A stretch of 58,405 nucleotides of DNA, filler included, from Sphacelaria rigidula (GCA_964200075.2; 7 parts of 7 records of this genome joined end to end with filler, not necessarily neighbours in it), one strand, 5' to 3'. Shown: positions 37,677-51,230, counted from the whole stretch's first letter. The notes: generated from the sequence alone by a model not told the origin. A program made the numbers and translations.

Positions 37677-38300
37677 CTGAACACAACGGGCGTGGATACC
37701 TACGTTAAGCGTCAAGATACCCAGTTGCGAGGGATCACAACGTGGTCCGGAAAGTGCGGTATACGGTATATGCTCCGCGGCAGGGCACGACAAGTTATCA
37801 CAATTGATTTTCAAGAGTATCCCTTTCGATTAGCGTGCTGTGCCAGAAAAAGCTTGCGCATCTTCGCGCCGGCTTCGCACGAAACTCAGGTCCCAGGCAT
37901 TCAAAGCAAGGGTAACATGCCAATCGATGTGGGGACAGCAAGAAGTGCATTGAAGACAATAATAGAACGCCGCACTCGGCATTAGTTGTTCGACCTTCGT
38001 GTGCAGTATATGCAGCCGTCTGCCTCCACGACACCGTGAAAGTGCGGTACAAGGCATTGCCGTAGGAAAAAACGGAGTGATGCGAGATATATTTGGTTCT
38101 TCACCGTTCCGAGTATGAACGAGATACATCTGGTGAAAATCGATCATCTAACGGCATACAAAACACAATGAAACATTCTATCACTCGATATTTTTCAAGA
38201 TAGCCAAAGTTCGTCATCAAAGACCATGACACCAGGGCTTGTCACCCACGGGTGTGATGAAATTCGTCCGCATTCGAAGCGAAGCAAAACAATCGCACAC

Positions 38301-38993
38301 CTCGAGAACTTTTCCCTCATCTTCGGATGACCCCCCGATCTCCTCCGTCAATTTCAGGCCGCTGACCACGGCCTTCCACGTCTCCAAGGCGTGCTCCCAG
38401 GTGACGAACTCACGCGTTTCGAACCCTTGGGCGTGAACCACGGGTCGGCCAATCATCTGTGCCGCAACGAATGGATCAGCACCCTCGAGCAAGGCCTCCA
38501 TCACAGCCCACACCCTCGCCCAGGATTTAGGAATTGTCTGCCCGACGCTCGGGAAAAGTCTTTTGCCACCCGCTGCTTGCCCTCTCTCTGCTAGACTACA
38601 GATTTTGTCTCGCAGTCGAGAAAGGTCGTCTGTGCTACAGCCAGAAGCCTCCACGACGCCGCAAATCCTGAGCGAGGGGGCTGTCGGAGAAGAATGATTG
38701 AGGTTGTTGTTAGGGTTGGTCTGAACGGTGGCTGCCGCACAGTCCCACTCCAAACGCTTGTCCTTCATGTACTCGTCGATGGCATCTCGCAGATGATGCA
38801 GAGCTGCATCGACTTCCCCTCGATTGTCGCCGAAGCGGTCGCAATGGCTTGCAACGACCAATACTGCGCAGTCAGGCACTCGACACAATAGGGCATCGAG
38901 CCAGATGTATATAGCGTCTCCCCAACATGAATCTCGACAAAACTTGTACAGATCCACGACCAGCAGCTGCAGAGCACCCTCAGTCAAAAACAG
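38301..38993 (-). CDS. ROCO gene exon (C-terminal half of the Roc GTPase and start of COR); 5' exons absent from the contig
   Basis: 693 nt, tacag acceptor and GTGTGC donor; LFLTEGALQLLVVDL...WLDALLCRVPDCAVLVVASHCD (G4)...VEASG (G5)...FPSVGQTIPKSW. Confidence 0.9.
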
Positions 38994-39176
38994 CTGTAAA
39001 TGCGAGCAAGCAATATGGCAAGAAAAAAAGGAACAGTTTCTCAGTAGAAATGCTTGACATGTTCGAAATATCGAAACAAAACGTGTGCGGTCCAGAAGTA
39101 CATATCTCACAAAGAGGCGTTTTGTATCATCGATCGTGTTTGCATCTCGAGCCAGTGGAGGTCATTTGAACGTCTC

Positions 39177-39707
39177 CAGTAGTGCGCGGTCTAACTATTT
39201 ACGAGTGTTTTGGGCATTTCCTCGCGTACCACTCTTCGATAGAACTCGAAATTGCTAGCGTCGGTAGATTTTGGTACCACAAACAGATCATCCCCGAAAC
39301 ACAGTGCCCAAGTCAGTGTCAGCTGGCGTTATCGGGCGAAACGAGAAAATACCCCGTTCATCAGGATGGTGTTGTTGACCGTGAAACACAGTTTTTCGAT
39401 CCAACTGCAATGGGTAAGCAGAATTTCAAAAAAATTAAACTGCACATTATTCATAAATCTGATCGGGACAGGCTCGATCGACCGAAACTACAGAAGAGTG
39501 AGAATCTGGGCTGAAACGTGGCAGGACCCCCGATGACCGGTCAGCGCGTAAGTCCCTCAATATTGAGTAGAGATGGTTTTGTTTTCTTGGAATGTGGAGC
39601 GGATACAAATATCTTCAGGTCCCCGATGTGATGAGCGGCGGCACGCGGAAAGAGCCCGAGAAAATCACAACATGCCACAAAATGAATAGTTAGACCGCCC
39701 ACCACTG
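39177..39707. mobile_element. Tc1/pogo-like MITE family B
   Basis: TIR CAGTRGTGGGCGGTCTAACTATT at both ends, TA on the right; opposite-orientation homolog at 42058-42607. Confidence 0.85.
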
Positions 39708-40279
39708 TAGGGCGCGAGATCGCACCACCTCAACCCCCAAAGAACCGCCTGCATAACAACATATCTCTTTGCCAGAGCAATTCTTGCCCTTACGATGGCA
39801 GGCCTACAACATGTTCGTGAGATTAAGAACGTTTTTTCTTGCGGAACGGAAGGTTTTTCCAGATTCACACCAACATGGTCGAATCATCCGAAACGGTCGT
39901 CGCCCGCGGTCGGTCCGTGATCTGACGGGAGCTTTTCGCGCAATCAATTTTTTCAACTCGGTGATGCCTTCCATGAGATTAAGCCAAAAATGTTCACATT
40001 AATATAAATATTTCCCCTCATAACTGCACTGACCACGTCGATCCTATTTTTTCTTGCACTACAACACCCGTGAGATTACGTATCCTCCGGGGGTTGATGG
40101 CGATTTCGGAAGATTCGACGTCTTGGGTGGAAGTAACGAAAAATGTCCCGTTCCGAAAAAACACGTTCATAATCTCACTAACACAGTGTATGTATGATTC
40201 CTCTACTGTCACAATTTCACGCCGAAACTCAAAGCCATGCGCCGCGCACTGCCGTTATCGCGTGATCATACTCACCCGA

Positions 40280-40400
40280 GTGCCCCGGTGGTCTAATGGT
40301 CAGACTGTTACAATCAAGGTACAGAGATAATGGTTTCGATTACTTTCTGGTGCGTTCTTGTTTTCCAAATATGGGAATCCACCGTCGAAAACGTGAGGAC
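40280..40400 (+). mobile_element. Truncated tRNA-derived SINE (family 1)
   Basis: gtgccccggtggtctaatggtc...gtttcgatt...caccgtcgaaaacgtgag, collinear with the 44876 and 58186 copies. Confidence 0.6.
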
Positions 40401-41149
40401 GTAGGGGGAGATGACTTGACCCCAAGGTTGTGACGACGGCCTCGTACTGAGGAAGGGGGGGGGGGCATACAATCCGCGTACCCAACCTGATACGAAAATG
40501 TAGAAATAAAAAAGAAGACAAAAAAGAAGACAAAAGAAAATGAGGGGAAAATAATATTAGCGTGATGCTACGGTAGGGTTGTATTTTTTGAGCGAAAAGT
40601 TTCTCGGGGTGTTGCACGGATCATCTTCAGAAGCGGCATCACTTTCACTTGATGAAGACTGAAAATGATGCCGATCCACGAAAAGGCCCCCGTGTGCATC
40701 TCCATGTCGTATTGCACAGTAAGCCCCATATATTTGGGCTCCTACAAAAACGAGACCCAGATACAAAAGGTACAACCCCGATCGTAACATTGCTCCATAA
40801 TTGATATGAAATGAAAAAGATTAATAAAAGGAAAAAATAAAATGAAATGACAAAAATAAAATATGAATGAAGGAGAGTGTATGATAACAAGTTGAAATAC
40901 AAATAGAAATAATGAAAAAATGTGCAGATACGTGAACAAATGAAACAAAGCCAAGGCTCACTTCGGTATGGCTTTCTGATGATGATGTTTTATGACGGTA
41001 ATGCACGATGGAATATACTTGGAAGTATATGGTAATTAATCACCCTGGTACTCATCGGTGAAGGAATCAGCCACGGTTAGGATATTATTCTTGAAAATGA
41101 GTTCACTGTGACCCATATTATATGATTGGTAACACTATACACGACCTTT

Positions 41150-41574
41150 GAGAGGGTCTCCTCTAAAATGAGGTTGGATATAAAATTGAGGTTCAACTCC
41201 AACACAGTGCTTTCCCTGACCTTCAATCTTGACAAATGACCTTCATGTGGACGACCACATACCCTGACCCCCGTGAACCACTTTTGGGAGAGGTTCCTGT
41301 CTGCCGTTTCCTCAAAAGGTATGTGCCGATGCACCTTTGTTGGATTAATTCGAGGTGAAAAAAGGGGATATGTCAAGTACGAAAATAGTGCTTTGCACAT
41401 ACCCTGTTCGGGGAGGACGAAAGACAGGAACCTCTCAAGTATAGATTCACGCAGGTCGGGGGTCATCAGGTTGCCCATGTCAAAGTGATTTATCATGACT
41501 TTGGGTCATGGAAAACACCGATTTTGGAATTGAACCCCATTTCAATATTCAACCTCATTTTCGAAGAGACTCTC
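41150..41574. mobile_element. Foldback MITE, GAGAG termini
   Basis: Almost entirely palindromic ~425-bp element; homologs at 47155-47578 and 4660-5040. Confidence 0.85.
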
Positions 41575-41793
41575 TTCGTTGTAAGCTCATTATGAGTCGC
41601 TGCCGTTGTTGTCGATTAACAGCCGATTTTATATTTTGGGGTTCAAACAAAATATGGGGCTGAAGTGGCATATCTCTCTTGCACGAAAGACNNNNNNNNN
41701 NNNNNNNNNNNNNNNNNNNNNNNNNNNNNNNNNNNTTAATTAATTAANNNNNNNNNNNNNNNNNNNNNNNNNNNNNNNNNNNNNNNNNNNNTA

Positions 41794-42041
41794 GACACTT
41801 TTTACGATAGCCCCCCTCCAGCACCAGCCCAAAGGTGTCACGAAAAAAATGACCATACAGCGCCTGATGTTTGGGTTCAGGCTGGATGAAGCGCCTCATA
41901 TCGGCAACATAGGCGACAATGAACCCAAGCGTGGGAATTCCCAGCTGCTCGTTGTGCTCGGCTCTTTCCATTTCGATTTACGTGAAGATTTTTCCTCCCA
42001 AAACCATGCACTTTTTCGGGGGGGGCTATCGTAGAAAGTGT
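41794..42041. mobile_element. MITE with TIR (G)ACACTTT(C/T)TACGATAGCCCCC
   Basis: Collinear with 4096-4334; both TIRs present. Confidence 0.85.
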
Positions 42042-42057
42042 TCGTAATGGAGATATA

Positions 42058-42607
42058 GAGTCGTGGGCGGTCTAACTATTCATTTCTTGGCGTTTTGCTT
42101 TTTTCGTAATTGGCGATTTTCTTGGGCTTTTTTCGCTTGCCATCCCTTATCACATCGGGGATCTGAAATTATTGGTATTCGCTCCACATTCCAAGAAGAA
42201 AAAATCAAGTGTACTCAATAATGAGTGACTTACGGGCTGACCGGTCATCGGGGGTCCTGCGACGTTTCAACCCAGGTTCTTACACTTCTGTATTTTCGGT
42301 CGATCGAGCCCGTCCCGATCATATTTTTCAAGAAATGTACAGTTTTAGTTTTTCAAAATTCTGCTTACTCAGTCCACCAAGGCCGAAGACTTGTGTTTCA
42401 CAGTCAATAGCACCCTCCTGATAAACGGGGTATTTACTCGTTCCGCCCGATAACACCAACTAACACTGACTTGGGCACTGTGTTTCGAAGATGATCTGTT
42501 TCTTTGTACCAAAATCTACCGACGCTAGCAATTTGGACTTCTACCGAAGAGTAGTACGCGAGAAAACAAAACAAAACACCACTAGATTGTTAGACCGCCC
42601 ACTACTG
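42058..42607. mobile_element. Tc1/pogo-like MITE family B
   Basis: TA-gagtcgtgggcggtctaactatt ... gttagaccgcccactactg-TA; reverse-complement homolog of 39177-39707. Confidence 0.85.
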
Positions 42608-42739
42608 TATGAGAAATGGAACATACAATGCATACAATCGACGAACAGTAGGGTCCGATCTCCCCCAAAACATGCTCAACCATGGATCCCACGTCACAGA
42701 CATTACGCATCGTCCGAAACAGGGTCCAGCAACAGAAAC

Positions 42740-43275
42740 GAAAAAGGCATACAATATGCAACGTAACAGTTAAGGAGCACACAATACCCGCAACGTGACA
42801 ATAACGAAAAGCAGAACCGGCCCACGCTGTAAACGCACTCGAATGCTCAGCGAAAGGCAACCGAAAAAAGCGATTTTCAAGTTGAGAAACGACCCGAAAA
42901 ATATGTTCGCGGCTCATGATGGGTGGCATCTCTCGGGAGAGTATGCCCGCGACTTATCATAAAAAACGGCATCGGGAGGTTCGCGGGTCATGATAAGAAT
43001 TGTCCTGCGTGGGGGGCAGTATAGCAAACGGAACCCTCACCCCCACGCCACACAGCGTGGAACGCGTGTAGAGTGTATGCTCTCCGGACGCTGCGAACGC
43101 GAAAATCAGAACCGACTCACGCTCCAAACGCACCCGAATGCCCAGCGGAATGCAGCCGAAAAATATGATTTTAAAGTTGGGAAATGACCCGAAATATATG
43201 TTAGCCGTCGATGAAGGACTGCATCTCTCGGGAAAAAATGCTCGCGGCTCATCATCAGAAAAAGTGGCACCTCTT
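42740..43275. repeat. Dispersed repeat, unclassified
   Basis: gattttcaagttgagaaacgacccgaaaaatatgttcg is the reverse complement of the 15055-15100 region and is duplicated internally at about 43167; shared with about 14930-15210. Confidence 0.6.
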
Positions 43276-44875
43276 CGTATAGATCATTATTTAGAGGGTA
43301 CGGTAGTGTAGGGTAAAGTGCAATGCCGTTCCATGCAGAGTCGTGGGTGAAATGGGGCATGACAAGTGCGCAGTAGCTGTAGTGCAGTAATATGTATACT
43401 TATCATCATTGTGCACAGCAGTTATGATCGGGGTAGCAAAGCTACAGTAATTAATTGCCGTATGGATTCGACACATATTCGGTACCGTCCAGTACCTCTC
43501 AGAACTTCACGGGCTTTTGTATATATAGACTGTGACACAGCCATTAGTTTTTTTTCCAGATATTCAAGTGCGGGGTCATTAATGTTGTGTGTCGTTTTAT
43601 CATCTGCTCTAGCATTCGGCGTGTGAGCTCGCAACGGTTTGCGTGAAGAGAAAACATATTGTACACGGAATGAGCGAGTACTAAATATTCCAGGCGATGG
43701 CATGTGTCAGAGGCTTGGGTCATGACCGTTGACCCCCGCCAACTCTCCACCACAACGACTGATGATATTCCATTTCAAGAAAGAATTATTTGACCGTTAG
43801 ATTTTCGCCAGCCTGCAAGAACTAGTGTCAATTCGACTCAGAGTATAGCACGCAATTAACTTGGAATTTTTCATGTTTATTTCCGTGTCCAAGCGCTCTA
43901 CATGATTCGTGATTAACGTGGACAGTGGTGATGGCTGCTGTCGGGCTGTTTTAGTCTTCACATATGTGGACATGTACCAGGTATATATCAGAATTTGTGC
44001 GCGTTTGCCTTGAACTAGCATAATATTTTCACTCTGTTAGTTGACTCAGTGGTTGAATAAATGCCGCAGATGGACAGATTTTGCCATAGAGGGTCAAAAG
44101 ATAGACGTCCCCGCGAGGTAAAACCAACGTCCGGAAACACTCCCCCAGGAAAATTCGAGGAGAGGGAAAAATTTAAGGGGAATGTATAGAGTGTTCGGAA
44201 AAAATCAAGCCTGCGTTTTTAGACTGATCTCCATTCCCCGTGTATAGCTGTTCGTGAGCTCTTCGTCCCGAACCCAAACGTCCTGATGTCAGTTGACGCT
44301 GAAAAAAGCATGAATAGACTTGAGGGAATAAAGTATCTCGCGAGATTTTCAGTTTTTTTAAGCGCGCGCACACACACAAATATGCGAATATTTTCGTGAA
44401 GTCCAGATCGTGACACATTTTTCAAATTCTAGGCCATAAATCCTCTATTGTTAGTCAGTTTTGACCTGAATGACGGGCCGTTCAGCAAACACCCTCAACA
44501 AAGATCGAAGCCCTTGCTCGTGAGAACGGCAAAATATCGTGTCTAGGTTTTGAGCCCGAGTGCATCGGACAAATTCATAGTTTTTGAAACGTGCTCATGC
44601 TTCCCACGTAAAGAAAGCACCGATTTGGCCAAGTGCAGCGACTTTGAATGGACTGATTTGGAAGTCCGCCGGATGTTTTCGGATCGACGGAGTAGACACG
44701 GCATATTGTTCCCACCAGTGAGGGCTCCAAACTTTGCTTGGGGTACATAGGTTGTACAATCCGTCATTCGGACCGACTGTTGAATCTAGAAAATCGTCCA
44801 AGATCTGAAAAAAAAGGTCACGATCTCGATTCCACGACAGCGTTGTTATATACTATCCATATACACATGTGCCGT

Positions 44876-45102
44876 CGCGCCCCCGTGGTCTGATTGTCCG
44901 ACTGTCAGCAAGAGGGAGGAGAGAATGTGAGTTCGATTCCCGATGCGTTGGATTTTTTTTGCAAGTATCTGTTTTCACCGTCGAGAGCGTGAGAACGTGA
45001 GTAAACAAAAAAAAATAGTTGGCTGAGTTCGATTGACGAGAGTTGATGCGGTGCGGGAGTGCTGATAGTCATGACCCAATCCGCGAGACTGAAGTGCAAG
45101 GC
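44876..45102 (+). mobile_element. tRNA-derived SINE (family 1)
   Basis: A-box-like GTGGTCTGATTG, B-box GTTCGATTCCC; body gagaacgtgagtaaacaaaa...gcggtgcgggagtgctgat...caatccgcgagac shared with 58186-58395. Confidence 0.8.
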
Positions 45103-45582
45103 TTTTTTACGGCGAAGAGATCGGTTGGTCCCTAAGGGGGTTCAAAGTGTGGCGAAAAAAACAAACAAAAAGCAGATGGTCATGAAGCTGCGCTTTGAGC
45201 AAAGGAGCACGGTGAAGAAACGACATTAGATCAATGAATCTGTGCAAAAGTTTTGTACGTAATTTCCCACGAGGAAGTCGCATGTATCTCCTCACCGCCC
45301 AAGAGTGCATTTTTGAAACGTTTAATCACATGCTTTTGCGTCGGGGTTCGTGACGATGAGAGCTCGCCCATAGCCATATACGATAATTGAAAAATGACAT
45401 ATGACATAGATGTTTTCGCATAACCTCCGTTGATTCTATTCACATGTGGATGGACGAGGCAGCTTGCAAGTACTGTTGGACTAATTGCCTACCTAAATGC
45501 CCCCCCGGAGCAATAGTGTCATTGATTCATACCTCGTTTTTTCCCCCGCGTCCCCGAATTACTGAACAAATATGTGTTTCAG

Positions 45583-45753
45583 CAACGGGTTACACTTCTA
45601 CGGTCGAGGACCTTGAGGTGATCGCAACGCACTACAGCGAAGACACCTGCACGACCATGACAACAACAGAGGAAATCGACTTCGATACCATGAAGGGCTA
45701 CGTCAACATCACGGTCACGAATGCGTTGGAAGAACTCGACGGGTCGTCCTCAG
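45583..45753 (+). CDS. Candidate isolated exon, Thr/Glu-rich, unknown protein
   Basis: tttcag acceptor, CAG/GTGCC donor, 171 nt symmetrical phase 1, coding-like codon use. No compatible neighbouring exon established. Confidence 0.35.
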
Positions 45754-47154
45754 GTGCCATCAAAAAGAGTCATCAATCTTCTCAATGCAAGACTGAACCT
45801 GTATCCAGATATGTAGCCAGGGTGCAGCAGCACTGTTTTGTTGTTTGACGCCGTGGAGAAAAAGGATGCACTCTGACCGATAGAAAAATTAGGGAATCAT
45901 TGATCCTGAACTATCGATTCGACCCGCTAGTACTGACAAAACGTGGGACGTACCTCAGGCCCACTTGCAGCAGCCATTTGTTTTTTTCGCAGACGTACGA
46001 ACTAGTGCATGGTGTAGGCGGCTTAATGTGGACTAAATTGGAGCATACCCTGGTGGGTTATGCAGGTACGTGCAAACAGCAAGTGGAGACTCTGAAGATC
46101 CAATTTAAACTCACCACATTGTCTCCACAAATCAAGGAACCTCACGCACAACTTGAGTCAGAGCTCCTAGTACGACCTCAAAGATCGCCGGTCCCCATAT
46201 ACCTACCACTACCGGAAGACTGGTGCAATGCAGGCGCTGTTCCGTTTGCTAATTCACACGGGCTCCTAAATTGCACTGTAACTTATACACCTTCGGCGAA
46301 GAGGGGCGTACATCAATGCAACTCAGAGCCTTGATTTGTACTAGTTTGCATTGGAAACTAGTTAAGTTTTTGCACCAAGAGCGTGACTGCTGAGATCTGA
46401 CTCTCAAAGTGTTGGGAGCAAAAAAATGAAAAACCCGGAATCGGAAGGAGTATAACTCACGTCATTCCACAACACAAGGAATCACCGAGCATGAAATTGC
46501 ATAGGAAGCATGGCACTGCCGCCCGCTGAAGAACGCAAGCACAGGTTTACAGCACGCACAAAGAGTAAGTTAGCTCCAGGACACTTCGTTCCCATATACG
46601 GGATGAGTAAGTCAAACAGAGAAAAATCTCATTTTTTCCATTTTGGCCAAATTGTCGTTTTTGTCGTAGTTGCGTGGGTGTGGAATGAACGGTCTGAATG
46701 GTTTAGATGTCTAGTCTCCACGAAGTGCTCGTCGTACCAGGTTTTAATTCCCCGCGCTGACTATGTATCTTCGGTCGAGAAGCGATTAGACGTGGTAGTC
46801 TCTATATCATGTTCGTCCGGGCCTCCTCCTATGCCGCCGCTCTCCCTCCAAGAATCGCATTGGTCAACAACATAATATATACATACGTACATACATATAT
46901 GCACACATATATTGTATTCCCGACTATATCTCACCTGTGATGAATATACCGTACTATACCGCGGCGAGCTCACGACGAGAAAAAGGGAGACGGTTTTACG
47001 TCTGACGGAATCCTTTCTCTTGAATGTCCGAGTAGAGAATGACGCTACACGCAAAATGATTGATCGGGAGAAGGCCAATTATTCCCAAAAACAGGAATAC
47101 CATACTCTTTTTCTTGTCAGAACGCGTGTTGACGAACGACTGGTACACATGTAA

Positions 47155-47578
47155 GAGAGGAGTCTGAGAAATGAGGTTAGACATTAAAATGAGGTTCGAC
47201 TACAAAACAGTGCTTTCCCTGACCCAAAGTCATGAAAATTGACTTCCATGTGCCTCACGCCCGCCGACCTCCTTGAAGCTATTCGGAGGGTTTCCCGTCC
47301 TCCGTTCCCCCGAAGGGTATGTGCGAAAGCAAGCACCTTCCGCCTCGATTTCGGGATGAGCAAAGGGTCGCTTTCAGCATGAGAGTGGTGCTTTCGCACA
47401 TACCCTTTGAGGGAAGGGAAGACGGAAAACCCGTCAAAATAGTTTCAGAGAGATCGGTGGGGGGGGGGCATGAGGTGGTCCATAGGAAAGTCAATTGTAG
47501 TCACGTTAGGTCAGGGAAAGCATTGTTCTGGAGCTGAACCTCATTTTCACGTCCAACCCCATTCCTGGCGATCCTCTC
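47155..47578. mobile_element. Foldback MITE, GAGAG termini
   Basis: GAGAGGAGTC...GATCCTCTC with long inverted arms; homolog of 41150-41574. Confidence 0.85.
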
Positions 47579-48619
47579 TCATATGTGAAGCGTGAGGCAT
47601 ACATGGGGCAACGGTAGACAGGAGGTATACAATGTCGCATGTGTCCGCTGAAGGGTACACTAGTTAGCTAGCGTTCCCATAGCAAGCAAGAGGCATGAAC
47701 TTGCCCCAATATTTAGGCCCTATTCGTCGAGAACACGCGATGTTGCCCTTTTTCTACACTTTGTATCAGAAGAATAAAAGTTGAAGGAAACAAACAGGAT
47801 GGTGTTTGACGCCCCTGCAACATTGCGGGCCATTCAGCAGAGCTGCCCAGTATCTTAAACCGGACCGGAACGGCAAGATATATTTGTTTTTGCTCTAAAT
47901 TCCTCAGGCGCCACCTCCTCTTGACAAAAGACGACAATTCTGGCTACTCTCAAACGGATCTTGCCCACTCGCCGATCATTTTTGTGGATGAAGAAATCGG
48001 TTTATGGATCGTATTTGCACGAGCGAACCTCTCTGATCAGTTTTCCCTCAAGCGATCAGAGGCAACGAGGTATACCTTTTTCTGACCGCTGCTGAAACTA
48101 TGCCGGTATGGACCCAGCCCAATATCTACACCAACGCCCATTCAGTAAGCAACCCAACACACGCAAAGCAATTCGCTCGTAACATATTGCGCTCAAGCAG
48201 CATGAAATAGAGACACGCATTTTCTCTTCTCCGCATGCCTAGGGAGCTACAAGCACGATCAGTGTACCAAAAACCGGTACGCCCGTTTTTGCTCTCGAAC
48301 CCGCTCTCGCAGGAAGCAGTACGAGCACTAATGTCGCTGCCGCCACTATAGTTCCCGCACTGAACCTCGGTCTCCAGGCTATGACCGTCGATGGGTCCTG
48401 CAACGAAGACGACACGTACATGACAGGGGGCTACATGCAGGTAATACAAATCTAGACCCAAACCCAAACTCACACTAAAACCCTGTTGCGAATCCTCGCG
48501 CTAGCCCGTAATATCTTGCTCACTAATCCTGACCTTGTTGACCCCAACTCTTGCCCTAGAGATCAATTTCTCTAATGAGACTAGTAGGTGGTCGCATTAT
48601 GAGATAACAAAAACTCGCC

Positions 48620-48720
48620 GCTGTGGCTGTGGCTGTGGTTGTCGTGGTTGTCGTGGTTGTCGTTGTTGTCGTGGTTGTCGTTGTTGTCGTTGTTGTCGTT
48701 GTTGCTATTGTTGTTGCTAC
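48620..48720. repeat. (GTT/GTC/GTG)n microsatellite
   Basis: Read directly; it produces spurious poly-T and poly-C/R ORFs. Confidence 0.92.
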
Positions 48721-50792
48721 GCCTCCTGTTGTTAATAGTATTGTTTCGATGCCGTCATCGTCACCGTTGTTGTCGTAGCGTACTTGGTGATGATACCGGT
48801 GATTATGAGGATGTAGACGCTCGCAGAACAGCAACAGTAGCGAAACTTCAACTCTACCACCATTCATTTAGATAATTCTCCAATCATGGTCTCTCATCGG
48901 CCTAGGAACCTGATACAGTCTCGTGGACCATTCCGTGAACTGGAGGAACACGGCTGTCGAGCTAGTGATTGGTGCTGTCAGGCTCGAGAGAAAGGTTTAT
49001 GTTTACTCTACTCTTGAAGCAGACGACAAGATAAAACCTATGCCTTACTCTCAAGACCATAACACCAGTCAGTCGAAATATGCCTAGGTCTCAACTCATC
49101 TCTATTAGGGTGTAGGGGACTATGGTATCGGCTCCGTTCTATGTACTTTGCGCGTGCGCACCCGACAGCTGACGCGGATTAAGGTACGCTTCCCTCAGAC
49201 AACTAACTGGAAATTGACGATACGCTGCACGCTGTCAGCCGAATGGCCACACACCATGATGAACTGGATAGGCGGTATTTTACTTTACAGATCTTGTAAT
49301 GATTTCTTTTCTGAACGTTTTTATTCCGGTTGTTGATGTTGACAATGCATCATTCATCTCAAGTGGATTGCTTTATGCCCATCATATTGCGTGTTCTGTT
49401 GTCAACAAGCAGTCGTTGGTACATACGCGTAGTGCAGCCCATGTGTACCTACACAGGCGATCTGCACGTACGTGCATCCAATATCCTGAAAAGTATCGGC
49501 GAACGATCGAGACTCGCCATACTTTCCCATTACGTCAGGCTTGTGACCCCTTAGGCGCGAGACTGTTTTCTTAGAACACCGTTGTCGATGGACAGCTCGC
49601 GTGTAGTTAGGGTGTGACATCAAGGCTGGAAAGAGGAGTACAACAGGCAGGGGAAACATACTAGGATTGAAATATTCGAACATTTTTTGAGCAGCAGCGG
49701 GGTTTTGTCGCAAAAATAAGAATCGCGACCTCTCCTGCACAGGATTAGTTTCTGCGTTCCCCTTGAGTAGTTTCGCATCAGGCTCTGAAGACATATTTTT
49801 TGCAATCCTCCCTTGGGAGCCGGTACTAGCTGCTAATGTAATGATGCCCCACCGATAAGGCATCTGAGAAATCCTGCTCATAGCGTGTATTTCGGTGCTT
49901 ACAAGGCTCTTGTGTTGTGTCGCTGACCCCCGATGGCAGACACTCCGAGTCGGTATTTCAGCACATGACGAGTTACACCTTTTTGTTTTTCCTTGATGGA
50001 AGGAGGAAACCCAACCCAACACTTTCCCCGCTGACGATCGCAAACGATNNNNNNNNNNNNNNNNNNNNNNNNNNNNNNNNNNNNNNNNNNNNTTAATTAA
50101 TTAANNNNNNNNNNNNNNNNNNNNNNNNNNNNNNNNNNNNNNNNNNNNGAAAGGGTGCCCCCTCCCGAAAGGGAGGGTGTGTCAACGGGCAAACAACTCA
50201 GCCAACAAACAATTGAGGCCCCCCCCCCCCCCCCCCCCCACGTCAATCGCCGTTAGGTTTGAGTCGTCGAAGACACGTTGTGAAACCTCCGCCGAACTAT
50301 TTGATATCACTGCTGCCTGCTGTTCGAGAATGAAGAAAAGGATTACAACTTGAAATAAACAGCACATATGTTCTCATCATAAGCCAAAGTACGTACAAGT
50401 TCTACAGTAATTCATTGTATATCGGCTTTCAACAAGAACAACATAAATAGTAACATACGTGAATGCGTTTGATATCTTGCCCGTCCCGTTGTGTTCGAAA
50501 CGTGACATTTGCACTACGATACCCTGTCCTTGAGTCGGCTGTTGCCATTACAAAAAGAGCGTTCCTTAAGCTCGCTTTTGTCTGCACTCAGCCCCGTGAA
50601 CCAACTCCAGAGAAGACGGGTACAATGGAATTCATCCCTTGAATGAAAATCGAGCTCGCCTCTCGCGCTGACTCAATCGAATAACGTGGCCCACCCCCTG
50701 TTTTGATGTAGCTGGAAGAATATGTGTATAGTGTAGCAAACCCGATACCGCCAAACAAAGCCTTACAGCTCGAGAAGAGAAACCGAACTTAC

Positions 50793-50930
50793 CGCAAGGA
50801 TGACCGACTTAAGATTGTCCGTCCTGTCGACCCCGGCGAAAACATCTCGTCGAGCAACAAACATCATAGCGAAGAATGATGCAATGCCCCATGCGGCGGT
50901 AACGATGGCGAGCACGAAGTCGTACCTCAC
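50793..50930 (-). CDS. MHYT-like membrane protein, exon 3 (VRYDFVLAIVTAAWGIASFFAMMFVARRDVFAGVDRTDNLKSVILA)
   Basis: aacag acceptor, GTAAGT donor, 138 nt phase 0; V.YD followed by a TM helix, as seen after the first MHYT motif. Confidence 0.75.
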
Positions 50931-51229
50931 CTGTTTTGAGTTTTTTTAATCGTTCCGTCATGCGTCGAAGGACTACGCAAACGCTCATCAAGAGCAGGAA
51001 TGTATACAAATACAGAGAGAGATGGATATATATAGATATATATAGATATCACGCAGTGTGGGTGCGAAGCGTGCTTGTTTGCACGCACGCGAGAGCAATG
51101 ACGAAAAAGAAGAAGCAGGGGTCCTACTGCGCCGTGCCATGTACTTCACTGAAGTGCTGTTGTGTCAGGCCTGCACCATCGAAAAACAAGAGCAAAAATC
51201 GAAAATACACGAACTTCCTTCTACGCTTC

Positions 51230-51230
<1 letters not shown>

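Noticed and set aside
29151-38993. Histone-ROCO gene cluster or functional linkage
   Set aside because: The genes are on different contigs separated by an artificial linker.
45993-46065. Exon continuing the 45583-45753 candidate
   Set aside because: Splice sites look good, but the phase required by the upstream exon hits a TAA stop, so no coherent gene model results.
46912-47154. piggyBac transposase motif (LTCDEYTVLYRG)
   Set aside because: Only a short resemblance to the VDE...F.GR motif, with no supporting flanking motifs.
49402-50043. 213-aa minus-strand ORF
   Set aside because: No recognisable motif or convincing splice structure in any frame; cut by the contig end.
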